Shown here: one piece after another, positions 13,292-23,588 of the stretch
Layout of the letters: each line of letters starts with the position of its first letter
How positions within the stretch are numbered: position 1 is the first letter of the stretch
Program-made: the position numbers and the translations under genes
The notes under the pieces: generated by a model
What the model was told of the DNA's origin: nothing
Databases searched by the model: none
What the model saw: the letters and a program-made list of their open reading frames with translations, nothing else
Assembly (NCBI GenBank): GCA_963823665.1
Contig: CAWGMQ010000002.1
Span: 192,001 to 256,000, forward strand
Length of the DNA: 64,000 bases
Origin: an uncultured Planctomycetota bacterium
GTDB lineage: Bacteria > Planctomycetota > Planctomycetia > Isosphaerales > Isosphaeraceae
Direction: 5' to 3'

Positions 13292-14773
13292 TCACGAGAT
13301 CGCCTCGGGCACGATATACGGCGGGCGATACGCCCGTGTCAGAAGCTCGTTGGCTTTCGGGTCATCTTTGAAGGACTCGGTCTCCTCATCAAACGTGAGC
13401 TTCCGGCCCAGACGGTAGTTCAGTCCGTCGAGTGCCACCCCATTGTCTTTCAAGTGCTCTTCCATCCGGGCGAATGTCTCGGACGCTTCCTTGTCGTCAC
13501 CGAAGGCACTTGTTGACTTGTTGAACGGCACCTCGGTTCCCCTCCGGTACGAGATGTTGGCCAGGTGGCATAGCGCCGCCGAATAGTGTCCCTCGAGAAT
13601 ATCGGCATTCAGGTCTTCAACTTTTCGGCTGCGCACGGCCGCGATGAAGTTACCGAAATGCCCATTGCCGGGGCCACGCTCCGTATTCAGCTTCACGACA
13701 CTCCCCAGCGGCACAGTCTTGCTTTCCCCCTTTGGATAGAACTTGTCGCCCACGAGAATGCCCGACTCGAGGTGGGCGATATTGCCCACCTTCTGCCCGT
13801 GAAAGCCATCCGTCGTCAGCCCCCGGACCTCAAAGATGAGCTGAGTATCACCATAGTCCATGATGGAGATCTGGGTGTTGGCCGTCTCGCCTTGGTCACG
13901 ATAGCCGAAGCGGCCCCCCAAACTCAGAACCGTCTTGGGGTACGTAGCGCTTTTGCCGTGGCCCGCGCTCGGCGGTGGGATCAGCCAGCGGGCTTTATCC
14001 ATCTCGTGCACGCCTTGGTTCCCGATATCGCCATTGCCGAAATCCCAGAACCAGTGCCAGTTGTAGTGAACCAGGTTGCGGTGATAGGGCTGCTTGGGTG
14101 CCGGCCCGAGCCAGATATTGAACGCGACTTCCGCGGGAGGATCTGCCGTGGGCATGAACCCGATGCTCCCGCGTGGCTTGTAGCAAAGCGCCCGCGAAAC
14201 CAGCAGCTTGCCAAGCTTGCCCGAGTGAATCGCTGCGGCCGCCAGTGCCCATTCCTCTGAGGAACGGTTTTGCGTGCCGTGCTGGACGATCCGATTGTAG
14301 CGCCGCGCAGCCGCAACGGCGATGCGGCCTTCGTGCACGTTGTGACTGCACGGCTTTTCGACGTAAACATCCTTCTCCGCCTGGCAGGCCCAGATGGTGA
14401 TGAGCGCGTGCCAGTGATTGGGAGTGGCCACGGAAACCGCGTCAACCGACTTGTCATCAAGCACGCGGCGAATGTCTTGCGCGGTCGCCGGTTCTCGGCC
14501 TCCCAGCTTCTGGATATCCTTCAGTCGCTTCCCATAAGTCCGCGTGTCCGGATCGACGAGGTAAGCGATCTCAACACCCGGCATCTTCCCGAACTCGCCG
14601 ACGTGCGAGCCACCGCGTCCATTGAGTCCCGCGATCGCCACCCGAATGGTGTCATTGGCCCCAAGTACCCGACCCGACGACTTGGTCCCGCTGATCGCAA
14701 AACCTGCCCCCACACCAGCGGCCGCCAGCGATCGATTCATGAACTGGCGACGATTCACGTTCGTCTTCAACAT
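13292..14773 (-). CDS. Tat-exported Gfo/Idh/MocA oxidoreductase
   Basis: NRRQFM Tat signal; VATPNHWH, DVYVEKP, GNGDIGNQGVH. Confidence 0.95.
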   Translation of the reverse strand: MLKTNVNRRQFMNRSLAAAGVGAGFAISGTKSSGRVLGANDTIRVAIAGLNGRGGSHVGEFGKMPGVEIAYLVDPDTRTYGKRLKDIQKLGGREPATAQDIRRVLDDKSVDAVSVATPNHWHALITIWACQAEKDVYVEKPCSHNVHEGRIAVAAARRYNRIVQHGTQNRSSEEWALAAAAIHSGKLGKLLVSRALCYKPRGSIGFMPTADPPAEVAFNIWLGPAPKQPYHRNLVHYNWHWFWDFGNGDIGNQGVHEMDKARWLIPPPSAGHGKSATYPKTVLSLGGRFGYRDQGETANTQISIMDYGDTQLIFEVRGLTTDGFHGQKVGNIAHLESGILVGDKFYPKGESKTVPLGSVVKLNTERGPGNGHFGNFIAAVRSRKVEDLNADILEGHYSAALCHLANISYRRGTEVPFNKSTSAFGDDKEASETFARMEEHLKDNGVALDGLNYRLGRKLTFDEETESFKDDPKANELLTRAYRPPYIVPEAIS

Positions 14774-14975
14774 CGCTCCGCCTCCTCACAAAAACGACCA
14801 AGCCACGGGTTGAAAGGACCAATTGTCAAACGTTCGTTGAACACGCCTATTATGCCCAGGCCCGTGTATAAATCCCAGCACGATGCGACTTTTGTTTCTC
14901 GCACGCCCGGACAAGCTCGGGCGCCAGGATCGGCAGAATCCCGGCACCCGGCTCGATTCAGACAAACCCACGCGG

Positions 14976-16558
14976 CTAGTCAAGGTTGTTGATCGTTTCT
15001 CCCGGCCAGTCGTCGGTGCGAAACGGCGTCAGCGGCAAGCCTTCGGCGCTATACACGTTGCAGACCGGGTTGTTCGCCCACGCATACCGCACACCGACAG
15101 GCTCCGAGACCGAGTCTGACCAGACCTCGATCGTTGCCCCGACAATCTTGGCATTCGCATTCACGAACTTCCGATCAGAGCCGGCGATGGCAAACCCGCG
15201 AACCTGCGGCACATCTGCAGCCTTGAGCCCGCCTCCAATGTGCTCGAAGTGAAGCACGACCTTATTGCCCTGCTTTTCCATGGATTTATAGGATGGGCTG
15301 TGGAACGGAATCTTCAAGCCGTAATCATTGGCCAGCGCCACCGGGCGAGCCGCATGGCCACATCTTGCTTGTTCTTGGGATGGATGTCCTGAGCTTCGCC
15401 CAGGTCGATGATCACGGCCTCGCCCGTCTTCGGTAGACGGCTCATCGTCATCGTCTGCGCCTCGCGCAGCTCGGCCCATGCGCTCTGCCGGGGCGGCTCG
15501 CTCGATTCGGGAAGAAAATCGGCAAGCTGCACCCAGTAGAATGAAAAATCACCCTGGCCCCACTCGTCGCGCCAGCTCTTGATCATCAGAGGGAACAGAT
15601 CGCGATACTGGTAGGCCTTCCCCGCGTTCGACTCTCCCTGGTACCAGATCACGCCGCGAATGCCATAACCGATCGTCGGCTTGAGCACGCCGTTGTAGAT
15701 ATTACCCGGCCGGGAATTGCCGCCCATCAGCCAGTCGGGGTTGAACAGTTGCTGTGGCGGCTCTTTCCCATCATCCTTGGCCTTCTTCTCGGCAACTTTC
15801 CACTCGGCCAGTTTCGACTCATATTCAGCCTTGGAACGAGGATAGTCCTTTTCGAACTGTTCCCAGCGCTTCATCATCCGCCCATACTTTGGATCCGCCG
15901 CCAGCACATCACGGCGCACCCAAGCCTCGCACGCCGACCCGCCCCAGGCATCATTGATAAGCCCCACGGGTATGCCTAACGTCTGGTGCAACTGCCTGCC
16001 GAAGAAGTAGCCCACCGCCGAAAACCCGCCAGTTGTCTCCGGCAGGCAGGCTTGCCATGAACCCTGGAAATCCTTCTGCGGCTCCTGTGTGCCCCGATTG
16101 GGCACCGTGATCAACCGCAGGTTGGGATACTTGGCCGTCGCCAGCTCGAGGTCCGCATCCCTCGACCCGCCAACCCCCATCTGCATGTTCGACTGGCCCG
16201 AGCAAATCCACACCTCACCCACCAGCACGTCCTCGAGCTCGAGCACGTTCTTGCCGTGGATCGACAGGATGTGCGGCCCCCCGGCCGGCATCGCGTCGAG
16301 CATCACCTGCCACGATCCATCCGGGCCGGCCTTGGTCGTGTGACTCTGCCCGGCGATCTTGACCGTCACCTCCTCTCCCGGCTCGGCCCAGCCCCACACC
16401 CGATCTTTCTGATCGCGCTGAAGCACCATGTGCGAGCTGAAGATCGCCGGCACCTTCACGTCCGCCCGTGCCCCAGCAGGTAAGCCCACGAGCAGCCCCA
16501 CCAGCGCCCAGGCCAGACCCCACTGCTTCGTTTGCCGATCGCTCAATTGTTGCATCAT
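14976..16558 (-). CDS. Sialate O-acetylesterase (SASA family), frameshift near 15339
   Basis: [42 protein letters not shown]-terminus (VRYAWANNP...[10 protein letters not shown]) lies in ORF 14976..15479. Confidence 0.92.
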
Positions 16559-16643
16559 GAAATAGATCCTCGTCTCAGAGTCAGTTCATCCCCGATTCTC
16601 GAACTCGATTCTTCATTGTCTCGGACGTTCCCCGCTCGATTCA

Positions 16644-18086
16644 TCACGCAAGTAGCTCCGGAATGACCTTGGCCTTCGTCACTTCCGCATCGGTAAGGCC
16701 CTCGAGCCGTCCTTCATGCGGATAGACCAGCTTGCGATGGTCGAGGCCCAGGGCATGAAGCAGCGTCGCCTGCAGATCGTGCACGGTCACGACGTTTTCG
16801 ACGGATTTGTAGCCGAAATCATCGGTCGCGCCGTGGATATACCCCGGCTTGAATCCGCCGCCGGCAAGCCACAGTGAGAACCCGTGTCGATTGTGGTCGC
16901 GGCCGTCTGTCCCTTGTGAAACCGGCAATCGGCCAAACTCGCCCGTCCAGATCACGATTGTGTCTTCCAGCAGGCCGCGCTGCTTGAGATCCCGAACCAG
17001 CGCTGCGCTCGGTTGATCGCTGCCGGCGCAGAGTGACTTGAGCGTTTCCGCATTCTTGTTGTGCGTATCCCACGGTTGGCCACTCAAAAAGAGCTGGACG
17101 AACCGCACGCCGCGCTCAACCAGGCGCCGGGCTGTCAAGCAACGGCTGGCATATTCCCGCGTCGCCGGATTATCCAGGCCGTACATTCGGCGGGTTTCCC
17201 CTGATTCCTGCGAGAGATCAAGCGCCTCGGGAACGGCCGTCTGCATGGCCGCGGCGATCTCAAAGTTGGCGATCCGCGCTTCAAGCTCCGAGTACCCCGG
17301 ATGATGTCGCTGATGTGTTTGATTGAGCTCGTTCAGAAACCGGAGCTGGCTTTCGCGCGCTAGAGGCGTGACGCCTTTCGGCGTCTTGAGATTCGCGACC
17401 GGCGTCGCTCCCGATCGGAACGGCGTTCCCTGAACGATCGCCGGCAGCCAGCCGTTTGACCAGTTGCGCCCTCCATCGACCGGCAGACCTCCAGGATCTG
17501 ACAAGACCACATACGCCGGTAGATTCTGGTTCTCGGTCCCGAGCGCATACACAACCCACGAGCCCCACGTCGGCCGCCCGGCCAGGATCTTGCCCGTGTG
17601 AATGAGCCGCAGCGCCGTCTCGTGATCAACCGACTCGGTCGTCATCGACCGCACCAGGGTCAGATCGTCCGCGATCCCGGCCATGTGCGGAACAAGTTCG
17701 CTGAGCACAACCCCGGACTGACCATGCGGTCGGAACCGGAAAGGAGAAGCCAGCAGCTTTCCGGCTTGCTTGTCAAAATGGATCTCGAGCGAGCCCGGAT
17801 AAGGTTTGCCATGGTGCTGCGTGAGCACCGGCTTGGGATCGAACAGGTCCATCTGGCTTGGACCGCCATGCTGAAATAGACAGATAACCGACCGCGCTCG
17901 CCCTTTCGGCCTGGCACTCCCGTCCGGATTCGCAGAATCCTGGACAATTCGCTCAGAAGCACCAAGTGCCCGTCCATTCTCCTGGTCGAGCAGATGCGCC
18001 AGCGCAAGCGTTCCAATCGCACCGGCATATCGGCCCAGGAAGCCGCGGCGATTCAGTGCATAAGGTGAATGATCCGTTGGGCGCAT
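16644..18086 (-). CDS. DUF1501 domain protein (Tat signal)
   Basis: NRRGFL; FQHGGPSQMDLFDPKP; RRLVERGVRFVQ; WDTH; GEFGRLP; GRDHN. ATG at 18086 chosen as start. Confidence 0.93.
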   Translation of the reverse strand: MRPTDHSPYALNRRGFLGRYAGAIGTLALAHLLDQENGRALGASERIVQDSANPDGSARPKGRARSVICLFQHGGPSQMDLFDPKPVLTQHHGKPYPGSLEIHFDKQAGKLLASPFRFRPHGQSGVVLSELVPHMAGIADDLTLVRSMTTESVDHETALRLIHTGKILAGRPTWGSWVVYALGTENQNLPAYVVLSDPGGLPVDGGRNWSNGWLPAIVQGTPFRSGATPVANLKTPKGVTPLARESQLRFLNELNQTHQRHHPGYSELEARIANFEIAAAMQTAVPEALDLSQESGETRRMYGLDNPATREYASRCLTARRLVERGVRFVQLFLSGQPWDTHNKNAETLKSLCAGSDQPSAALVRDLKQRGLLEDTIVIWTGEFGRLPVSQGTDGRDHNRHGFSLWLAGGGFKPGYIHGATDDFGYKSVENVVTVHDLQATLLHALGLDHRKLVYPHEGRLEGLTDAEVTKAKVIPELLA

Positions 18087-18108
18087 CTCATCGTGCTCGC
18101 GATTCAGT

Positions 18109-20541
18109 TCAATCGATGTAAAGGAAGGCATTGCTGGCGAACAGCATCTGGCAGAGATCCGACCAGGCACCGTGGCGAGCGTCAGGCTCGGCGGCACTGG
18201 TATCACGTTCACGCGTTTCCAGGAATCGCTTGGCCGCACTGCGCTCGTCCGGGTCAGGTGCCCGGTTAATACAGAGCAAAAAGGCCCTCGTGATGCGTGA
18301 ATCTTGATCGGGAGGAGGGCCGCCGCTGCGGCAACTCTCTTCGCGATCAACGCGCCTGGCCAGGTTCCGCGCACGTGCCATCACAAAATCCGAGTTCAAC
18401 AGGCAGAGCGATTGCAGGGGGATTGTGGAGGACGAGCGCCGGGTGCAGGTGGTCACGATCGACGGTGCATCGAACACCTCGAGCAGACCCTCGATCTGGG
18501 TCCGCTGCTGCTGAAGATAGACCGACCGGCGAGTCGCGCCTGGCACGCGCTCGCCAACGACAACATCACCCGTTCCGGTGCGCTCGGTCGGGACATACGG
18601 CCCATACTGCCGGTCATCCAGTTCGACTGAGGCAGCGAGCATCGCGTCCCGGATCGCCTCGGCATCCAGCCGCCGCAGAGGAAACTGTGCCAGCAGTCGG
18701 TTATCGGGATCGACCCGGGCAGCCAGCAGATTCCGAGAGCTCGATTGCCGGTAAACCGACGAGCACACGATCAAGCGATGAAGTGCCTTCGTACCCCACC
18801 CCGAGCGAACCAGCTCCGCAGCCAGAAATTCCAGCAATTCGAGATGCGTCGGAGGCGCTCCCGTGTAACCAAGGTTGTCCGACGTAGCAGCCAGTCCCGT
18901 TCCAAAATGGTGCTGCCAGATCCGGTTGGCCAGCACGCGAGCCAGGAGCGCCGCCGGGCGCGAGCCAGGCTCAGTAAGCCACAGCGCCAGCGCCTTCCGC
19001 CTGCCCGTCGATGCTGACCCACGATAGGGCGGCTTCGGCTCAAATCGGTTCTCGGCATCAGTCAAAAAGGCTGGAGCACCCGGCCCGACCGGCAGGCCCG
19101 GCGTTGCCAGATCGCCGCGCAGAAGTAGGGGAATCTCGGCCGGACTCGCCGACACATCGCCCACCCACGCGATGCGGTCCGGATTAGGTTCCCGGAGGGC
19201 ATTGATCGCTTTGATCACCGGTTCGAGCGCCTTCATCTTCGCCGCTGACTTCGCCCCCGAGGCAAAGGACCGTTTGAGCGTCTCGATCTGAGCATCGATC
19301 GCCTTGTCGTGTGCTTCCCAGCGCGCCTGCTCGGCGCGAGGCCCGGCAATCACGATACGATCGTTCGGCTTCACCCATTGCTCGGCGTTGAACGCCGGAT
19401 ACAGGATTGCCTTGAGCTGATAATAATCCTTCTGAGTCACCGGCTCGAACTTGTGATCATGGCACTTCGCACACTGGAGCGTCAGCCCCAGCAACGACGA
19501 GCCAATGATCTGAATCGCGCCTTCGAGCACCGCATGCTTGTCGGCGCGCACCTCGTCGGGGTTACCGTCGCTCTCACCGGTGCCGTCCTGTCCATTGCGC
19601 AGAAAATGAGTGGCAACGAGCCGATCGATGACCGCGCTCGAAGCGTAATGCCCCGCTCGCTCCCCGGCCAGCTCATCACCGGCGAGTTGCTCGCGCACGA
19701 TCTGGTCGAGCGGGCGATCCGCATTGAATGCCCGGATCACGTAATCTCGGTATCGATAGGCCAGAGGGCGGTCGCTGTCGGCGCTGAAGTATCCGTTCGA
19801 ATCCGAATAGCCCGACGCATCCAGCCAGTACTTGCCCCATCGTTCACCATAGCGTGGCGAGGCAAGCAAGCGATCGACAAGCCGGTCGTAGGCGCCCGTA
19901 CTAGGATCACTCACGAACGCCTTGATCTCGTCGAGGCTTGGGGGAACTCCCGTCATGTCAAAGCTCAGCCGGCGAATGATCGTGACGCGATCGGCGTCGG
20001 GTCCAATGGTCAAACCCCGGTCTTCGAGCGATCGCTGAATGAAGCAATCAATCGCAGTACGCACGCGGGCCCCGCTGCGCACCTTGGGTGGCGCGGGATG
20101 CGTAGCCGGCCCAAACGCCCAGTGGTCGGTCCAGGGCGGGCTCTTTTTAACCGAATCAGCGCTCGGCAAGCCTTTGGCACCCTGAGCAACCCACCGCCGC
20201 AAGGTCGCTTTTTCAGCAGCCGACAAGGGCTCGTCAGGCCGTGGCGGCATATCGTCATCGGCAACCTGGTTCCAGATCAGGCTTTCATCCAGCTTACCCG
20301 GTACAAGTACCGGCCCGCTCTTGCCCCCTCTTACCAGCGAACGGGCGCTGCTCAGGTTAAGCCCGCCCTTCGGTTTGACCGGCCCGTGGCACTTCTGACA
20401 GCGAGCCTTGAGCAGCGGCAAGATTTCGTGCTCGAGGCTCGGCGCATCCTGGGGTTCGCCGCTCTGTGCGTTTCGCGCGAGAACAACAGCCAGACAGACC
20501 AACGAAAGGACTGCGCTGAATGTCCTGCGGGCTCCTCGCAT
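18109..20541 (-). CDS. Planctomycete cytochrome c + DUF1549 (PSCyt2) + DUF1553 (PSD1) protein
   Basis: CQKCH, HWAF, LLASPRYGERWGKYWLD, CAKCHDHKFEP, NRIWQHHFGTG, RRLDAEAIRD. Confidence 0.95.
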   Translation of the reverse strand: MRGARRTFSAVLSLVCLAVVLARNAQSGEPQDAPSLEHEILPLLKARCQKCHGPVKPKGGLNLSSARSLVRGGKSGPVLVPGKLDESLIWNQVADDDMPPRPDEPLSAAEKATLRRWVAQGAKGLPSADSVKKSPPWTDHWAFGPATHPAPPKVRSGARVRTAIDCFIQRSLEDRGLTIGPDADRVTIIRRLSFDMTGVPPSLDEIKAFVSDPSTGAYDRLVDRLLASPRYGERWGKYWLDASGYSDSNGYFSADSDRPLAYRYRDYVIRAFNADRPLDQIVREQLAGDELAGERAGHYASSAVIDRLVATHFLRNGQDGTGESDGNPDEVRADKHAVLEGAIQIIGSSLLGLTLQCAKCHDHKFEPVTQKDYYQLKAILYPAFNAEQWVKPNDRIVIAGPRAEQARWEAHDKAIDAQIETLKRSFASGAKSAAKMKALEPVIKAINALREPNPDRIAWVGDVSASPAEIPLLLRGDLATPGLPVGPGAPAFLTDAENRFEPKPPYRGSASTGRRKALALWLTEPGSRPAALLARVLANRIWQHHFGTGLAATSDNLGYTGAPPTHLELLEFLAAELVRSGWGTKALHRLIVCSSVYRQSSSRNLLAARVDPDNRLLAQFPLRRLDAEAIRDAMLAASVELDDRQYGPYVPTERTGTGDVVVGERVPGATRRSVYLQQQRTQIEGLLEVFDAPSIVTTCTRRSSSTIPLQSLCLLNSDFVMARARNLARRVDREESCRSGGPPPDQDSRITRAFLLCINRAPDPDERSAAKRFLETRERDTSAAEPDARHGAWSDLCQMLFASNAFLYID

Positions 20542-20652
20542 GATCGCAATTGCCTCTTGAGGCGGGGGGAATCTATGTGGTGTGATTGTTTAATATTATG
20601 AGTGCAGCAGGGCGGAGTTCACAACCCAAGAGTCGCCGGGGGAATCGAACAC

Positions 20653-21063
20653 ATGGCACTGGCACACATCACTCTGGCGACCCGCGATGTAGCGCGATCA
20701 GCAGATTTCTTCCAGCGCGCGCTGGGGTGGCTGCCCGCCTCCCGGCCCGGCAACATCATGACGACCGCCGCCTGGCTCGAAATGGCACCGGGCATCGAGC
20801 TGCACTTGATCGAAGACCCGAAGTTCGAACCCTCGCAATTTGAAAAAGAGTTCGGCCGCCACATCGCCGTCACCTTTGCACTCTCCGAGTTTCCCCAGTT
20901 GAAAGCCCGCTTGCAGACACATGGTGCAACTTTGATCGAGCCAATCCGCGAAACCCCATTCCTGCGCTTCTTCTTCCGCGACCCGAACGGCTACGTCTTC
21001 GAAGTCGTCGAGGAAAACCACGACGAGCCAAGAATCCACGGAAGTGACACCCGCCAGACATAG
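20653..21063 (+). CDS. VOC/glyoxalase family protein
   Basis: LAHITLATRDVARSADFF...ELHL...HIAV...FFRDPNGYVFEV. Confidence 0.92.
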   Translation: MALAHITLATRDVARSADFFQRALGWLPASRPGNIMTTAAWLEMAPGIELHLIEDPKFEPSQFEKEFGRHIAVTFALSEFPQLKARLQTHGATLIEPIRETPFLRFFFRDPNGYVFEVVEENHDEPRIHGSDTRQT

Positions 21064-21595
21064 TGAACAACCACGGAGATGGAAAGTGGCAATATCTGGA
21101 GGGCCTTCCAGCATCCGTACACCAGTGTAAATTGGCAGCGCGGACATGCAGTACATGACCGTCGGCCGTCATGCGTCGTCCATCGTTCCAATCGATCGAT
21201 AAACGCGGCGGAAAGCCGCTGCCGTGACCATTGAGTTCACCACAGAATTTCACCCTGTCGACTCTCGATCCGGGTATCGTGTCATTCCCTCGCCTTGCCG
21301 ATCACTAGGTGCGCCCTGGAAGAACCTCGGCGCAGAGTCTTCTTGACGAACGACGCACGTCGCCCTCTCTACCTGAGATGATCTACAAAAAGGCCGAGCC
21401 AGTTTCCTGAAATGAGCCAAATTCCGGCTGTTTTTTCCAACCGCGGTTGGATCGTGCGTGTCGCATGGCATAGCGCGAGAAATTGGGCCTCCAATGGTGG
21501 CGGAGTTGGCTCGAACGAACACCGCACGCGCCCGGCATCGGGCTCACGGTCTGACGCGTGCGGGGGACCACGACCAAAGACCAAGGTCGCCTGGT

Positions 21596-21835
21596 GATCC
21601 CAAGAACACGATCCTCGGACCCGCGCAGGTAAATTGGCTCAAGGGGGCACTGCTGCGTTCGACCGGCACCTGTAAGGTGCTCGCCCAGCAAGTCATGATG
21701 GGCATGGCCCGGCAAAGCTGGCGCGAGGGGCAGACACCTGGCTTTGCAATGGATCAGTGGCCGGGCTATGCGGCCGAGCGAACGCGGCTCGTCCGATTTC
21801 TCGCCGACCGGCGGGTGCCCAACCCCGTGGTCCTC
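21596..21835 (+). pseudogene. phoD: Internal fragment of alkaline phosphatase D
   Basis: DPKNTILGPAQVNWLKGALLRSTGTCKVLAQQVMMG...MDQWPGYAAERTRLVRFLADRRVPNPVVL; homology stops just before the expected GDxH motif, and no N-terminus is present. Confidence 0.8.
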
Positions 21836-21979
21836 TTGTGGTCTCTCTCGCACTGCGTTTCGTGGCGGCGGGTGAATTGCCAACGGCCAAGCCGGGCGAG
21901 GTGGGGCTTGACGCCGACAAGAGCAGTGAAGCAGTAATCAGCTTCACGTCCCAGGCCTCGACGAATCGTCGTGCGATTG

Positions 21980-22288
21980 TCATCGAGGGACCTTGGCCCG
22001 CCGCAGATCCTTTTCGAGCATATCGAACACGTCATCCATCGGCTTGCCCTCTCTCTGATCGGCCGAAGCAAGGCCCTCCTTCACGGCCTGGATCGTCTCC
22101 AGCCGCTCCGCAAGATCGAAGAGCTTCTGGTACGCCGTAGCGTCCTGCACAACCAGTTCGGCCCCGCCGTTAATCGTCAGCACCACGGGGTTTCCTGTCG
22201 CCTTCAACTGCCGCAGGAATTCTGGCGTATTCCGCTTGAAGTCGGTCAACGGCTGAATGTCCTCACTGAGATTCATTTGGGCCTCCAC
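21980..22288 (-). CDS. Phd/YefM family antitoxin (no recognisable toxin downstream)
   Basis: EDIQPLTDFKRNTPEFLRQLKATGNPVVLTINGGAELVVQDATAYQKL...AVKEGLAS. Confidence 0.9.
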   Translation of the reverse strand: MEAQMNLSEDIQPLTDFKRNTPEFLRQLKATGNPVVLTINGGAELVVQDATAYQKLFDLAERLETIQAVKEGLASADQREGKPMDDVFDMLEKDLRRAKVPR

Positions 22289-22303
22289 TCATCACATCGA
22301 TAA

Positions 22304-22321
22304 AGCATCGAACTCGATGCT
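22304..22321. promoter_or_regulatory. Inverted repeat AGCATCGA-ac-TCGATGCT, probable antitoxin autoregulatory operator
   Basis: Perfect 8-bp arms 16-33 nt upstream of the Phd-family start; type II antitoxins typically bind such palindromes. Confidence 0.55.
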
Positions 22322-22373
22322 GTCCGATCCCGGACCGGTCGGCAAGCGAGGGTCAGCGCGTGCCAAGGAAACC

Positions 22374-22633
22374 TGCCCCCAATCACTCCCTCCCAACCCC
22401 CAGCGCATCCGCCACCCGATTAATGCAATTAAACCTCGAAGCAATCAACGTGATCTGCAAAATCCTTCGATCATCAAACCCAGCCGCTCACAGTCGCTCA
22501 TGATCGCGCGGCGAGACCTTCGTCGCATCCTTGGTCAACTTCACCACATAATCCACCATCACCCTCTCGGCCTCGGTGATCGGTGTAGTTTGATAGTTCT
22601 CTTTGTGCGCCTCGATGAGCGCATCATCCAGAG
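22374..22633 (-). repeat. Degenerate duplicate of the 3' 260 bp of the AhpD-like gene (direct repeat of 23580..23839)
   Basis: Ungapped manual alignment at offset 1206 gives about 20 mismatches in 260 nt. Translates [14 protein letters not shown]...[39 protein letters not shown], with a CGA>TGA nonsense change. Confidence 0.95.
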
Positions 22634-22710
22634 CGTGCCTCCCGGCCAACCTCGCCGGCGGTCCGGCGCGATGAGCCAGTGACATCATGCTGCGCGGCCA
22701 AGCCCCTCGC

Positions 22711-23112
22711 CTAAGGCGGGAAAACTCCCGCCGATATCAGCAGGCGGCGGACTTGCACCCGCTCTGGGGCATTCATCTTCAGCACGCCGATGGTCGTTCT
22801 CCCGACGGCGGTCTTGCCTATGAGTCTCGGACCGTCCCAGCCGAAGTGCGAACCCCACCGCTGAAGGCGGGGATTGAAAAGCCGTGTGAAGCGCCCCGTC
22901 TGTGGGTCGAGTCCCGTAATGTTCGGCCCCTTGTGGAAATTGTCGTGCGGGCAGGATAACGCCAGATTCTCGAATGTGGTTCGACCGCCGTGCTGCTAGG
23001 CTAGGATGTGATCAAGCGGGAACGTGAATTCGGAAATGTCAGCCGGGATGTGGCAATACTCGCAGCGGTTATGAGCTCGGTGCTGGACTCGCCGCCGCAA
23101 TCGTTCGCCCAT
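22711..23112 (-). pseudogene. HNH endonuclease with in-frame TAG (absent from ORF track)
   Basis: MGERLRRRVQHRAHNRCEYCHIPADISEFTFPLDHILA*QHGGRTTFENLALSCPHDNFHKGPNITGLDPQTGRFTRLFNPRLQRWGSHF...GKTAVGRTTIGVLKMN...; TAG at 22996-22998. Confidence 0.88.
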
Positions 23113-23115
23113 GGC

Positions 23116-23427
23116 TCACAGCTTCTGTCCGGCTTTCTTGAGCGCGAGGATGGCGTGGGCCTTTAAGATCGAGAGTAGATTGTCCGCCTGGACGTACGAT
23201 TCTAAGTCGATCAACTCTTCAGCCGTGATCCGCCCTTTCTGCTGCTGCGCCAGTAGCGTGTGCATTCGCTTCTTGTCCGCTTCCTTGATGCCCAGACCGA
23301 GAATGAACCTCGCACCTTCTGGGGGAAAATCCCTACCCTTGACTTCGAGAGCGCGGCTCAGAACCGTTGCACCGTTCTTCTTCAATGGTCCGAGCTCCGG
23401 CCAAATGGGTTTCGTCTTGAATAACAT
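23116..23427 (-). CDS. Small hypothetical protein, putative antitoxin partner of the HNH gene
   Basis: FPPEGARFILGLGIKEADKKRMHTLLAQQQKGRITAEELIDLESYVQADNLLSILKAHA; ends 3 nt before the HNH ATG. Start uncertain. Confidence 0.65.
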   Translation of the reverse strand: MLFKTKPIWPELGPLKKNGATVLSRALEVKGRDFPPEGARFILGLGIKEADKKRMHTLLAQQQKGRITAEELIDLESYVQADNLLSILKAHAILALKKAGQKL

Positions 23428-23588
23428 TTCCTCATCGAGGTTATCATACATCGCGACGTTCCACCATGACGATTGCTTGCCCCATCGCGTCGACATGTCC
23501 ATTTTAGTCCGTGGCACCTTGAACACGGCTTCGCCCCGTCATCCGACTGTTACCCAACCTGGAACCGACGGCTTCGAATTGCCCCCAA

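Noticed and set aside
21195..21235. GAAA-containing hairpin (GCGGC-ggaaa-GCCGC) resembling a c-di-GMP-I riboswitch P2
   Set aside because: The GACGCAAAGC-like junction and a second stem are missing, and no intact gene follows; an Rfam scan would settle it.
21436..21451. Perfect 16-bp palindrome TCCAACCGCGGTTGGA
   Set aside because: No U-tract in terminator orientation and no assignable target gene; function cannot be supported.
21693..21983. ORF coupled to the Phd antitoxin as its toxin
   Set aside because: No RelE/ParE/PIN/Doc features, and about half of it is antisense to the phoD fragment.
22488..22490. TGA in the duplicated AhpD end as selenocysteine
   Set aside because: It aligns to CGA (Arg) in the intact copy, so it is a C>T nonsense change.
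22996..22998. Pyrrolysine or amber readthrough in the HNH gene
   Set aside because: The position is a variable residue, there are no pyl genes in the window, and the surrounding region is decaying; a nonsense mutation is simpler.
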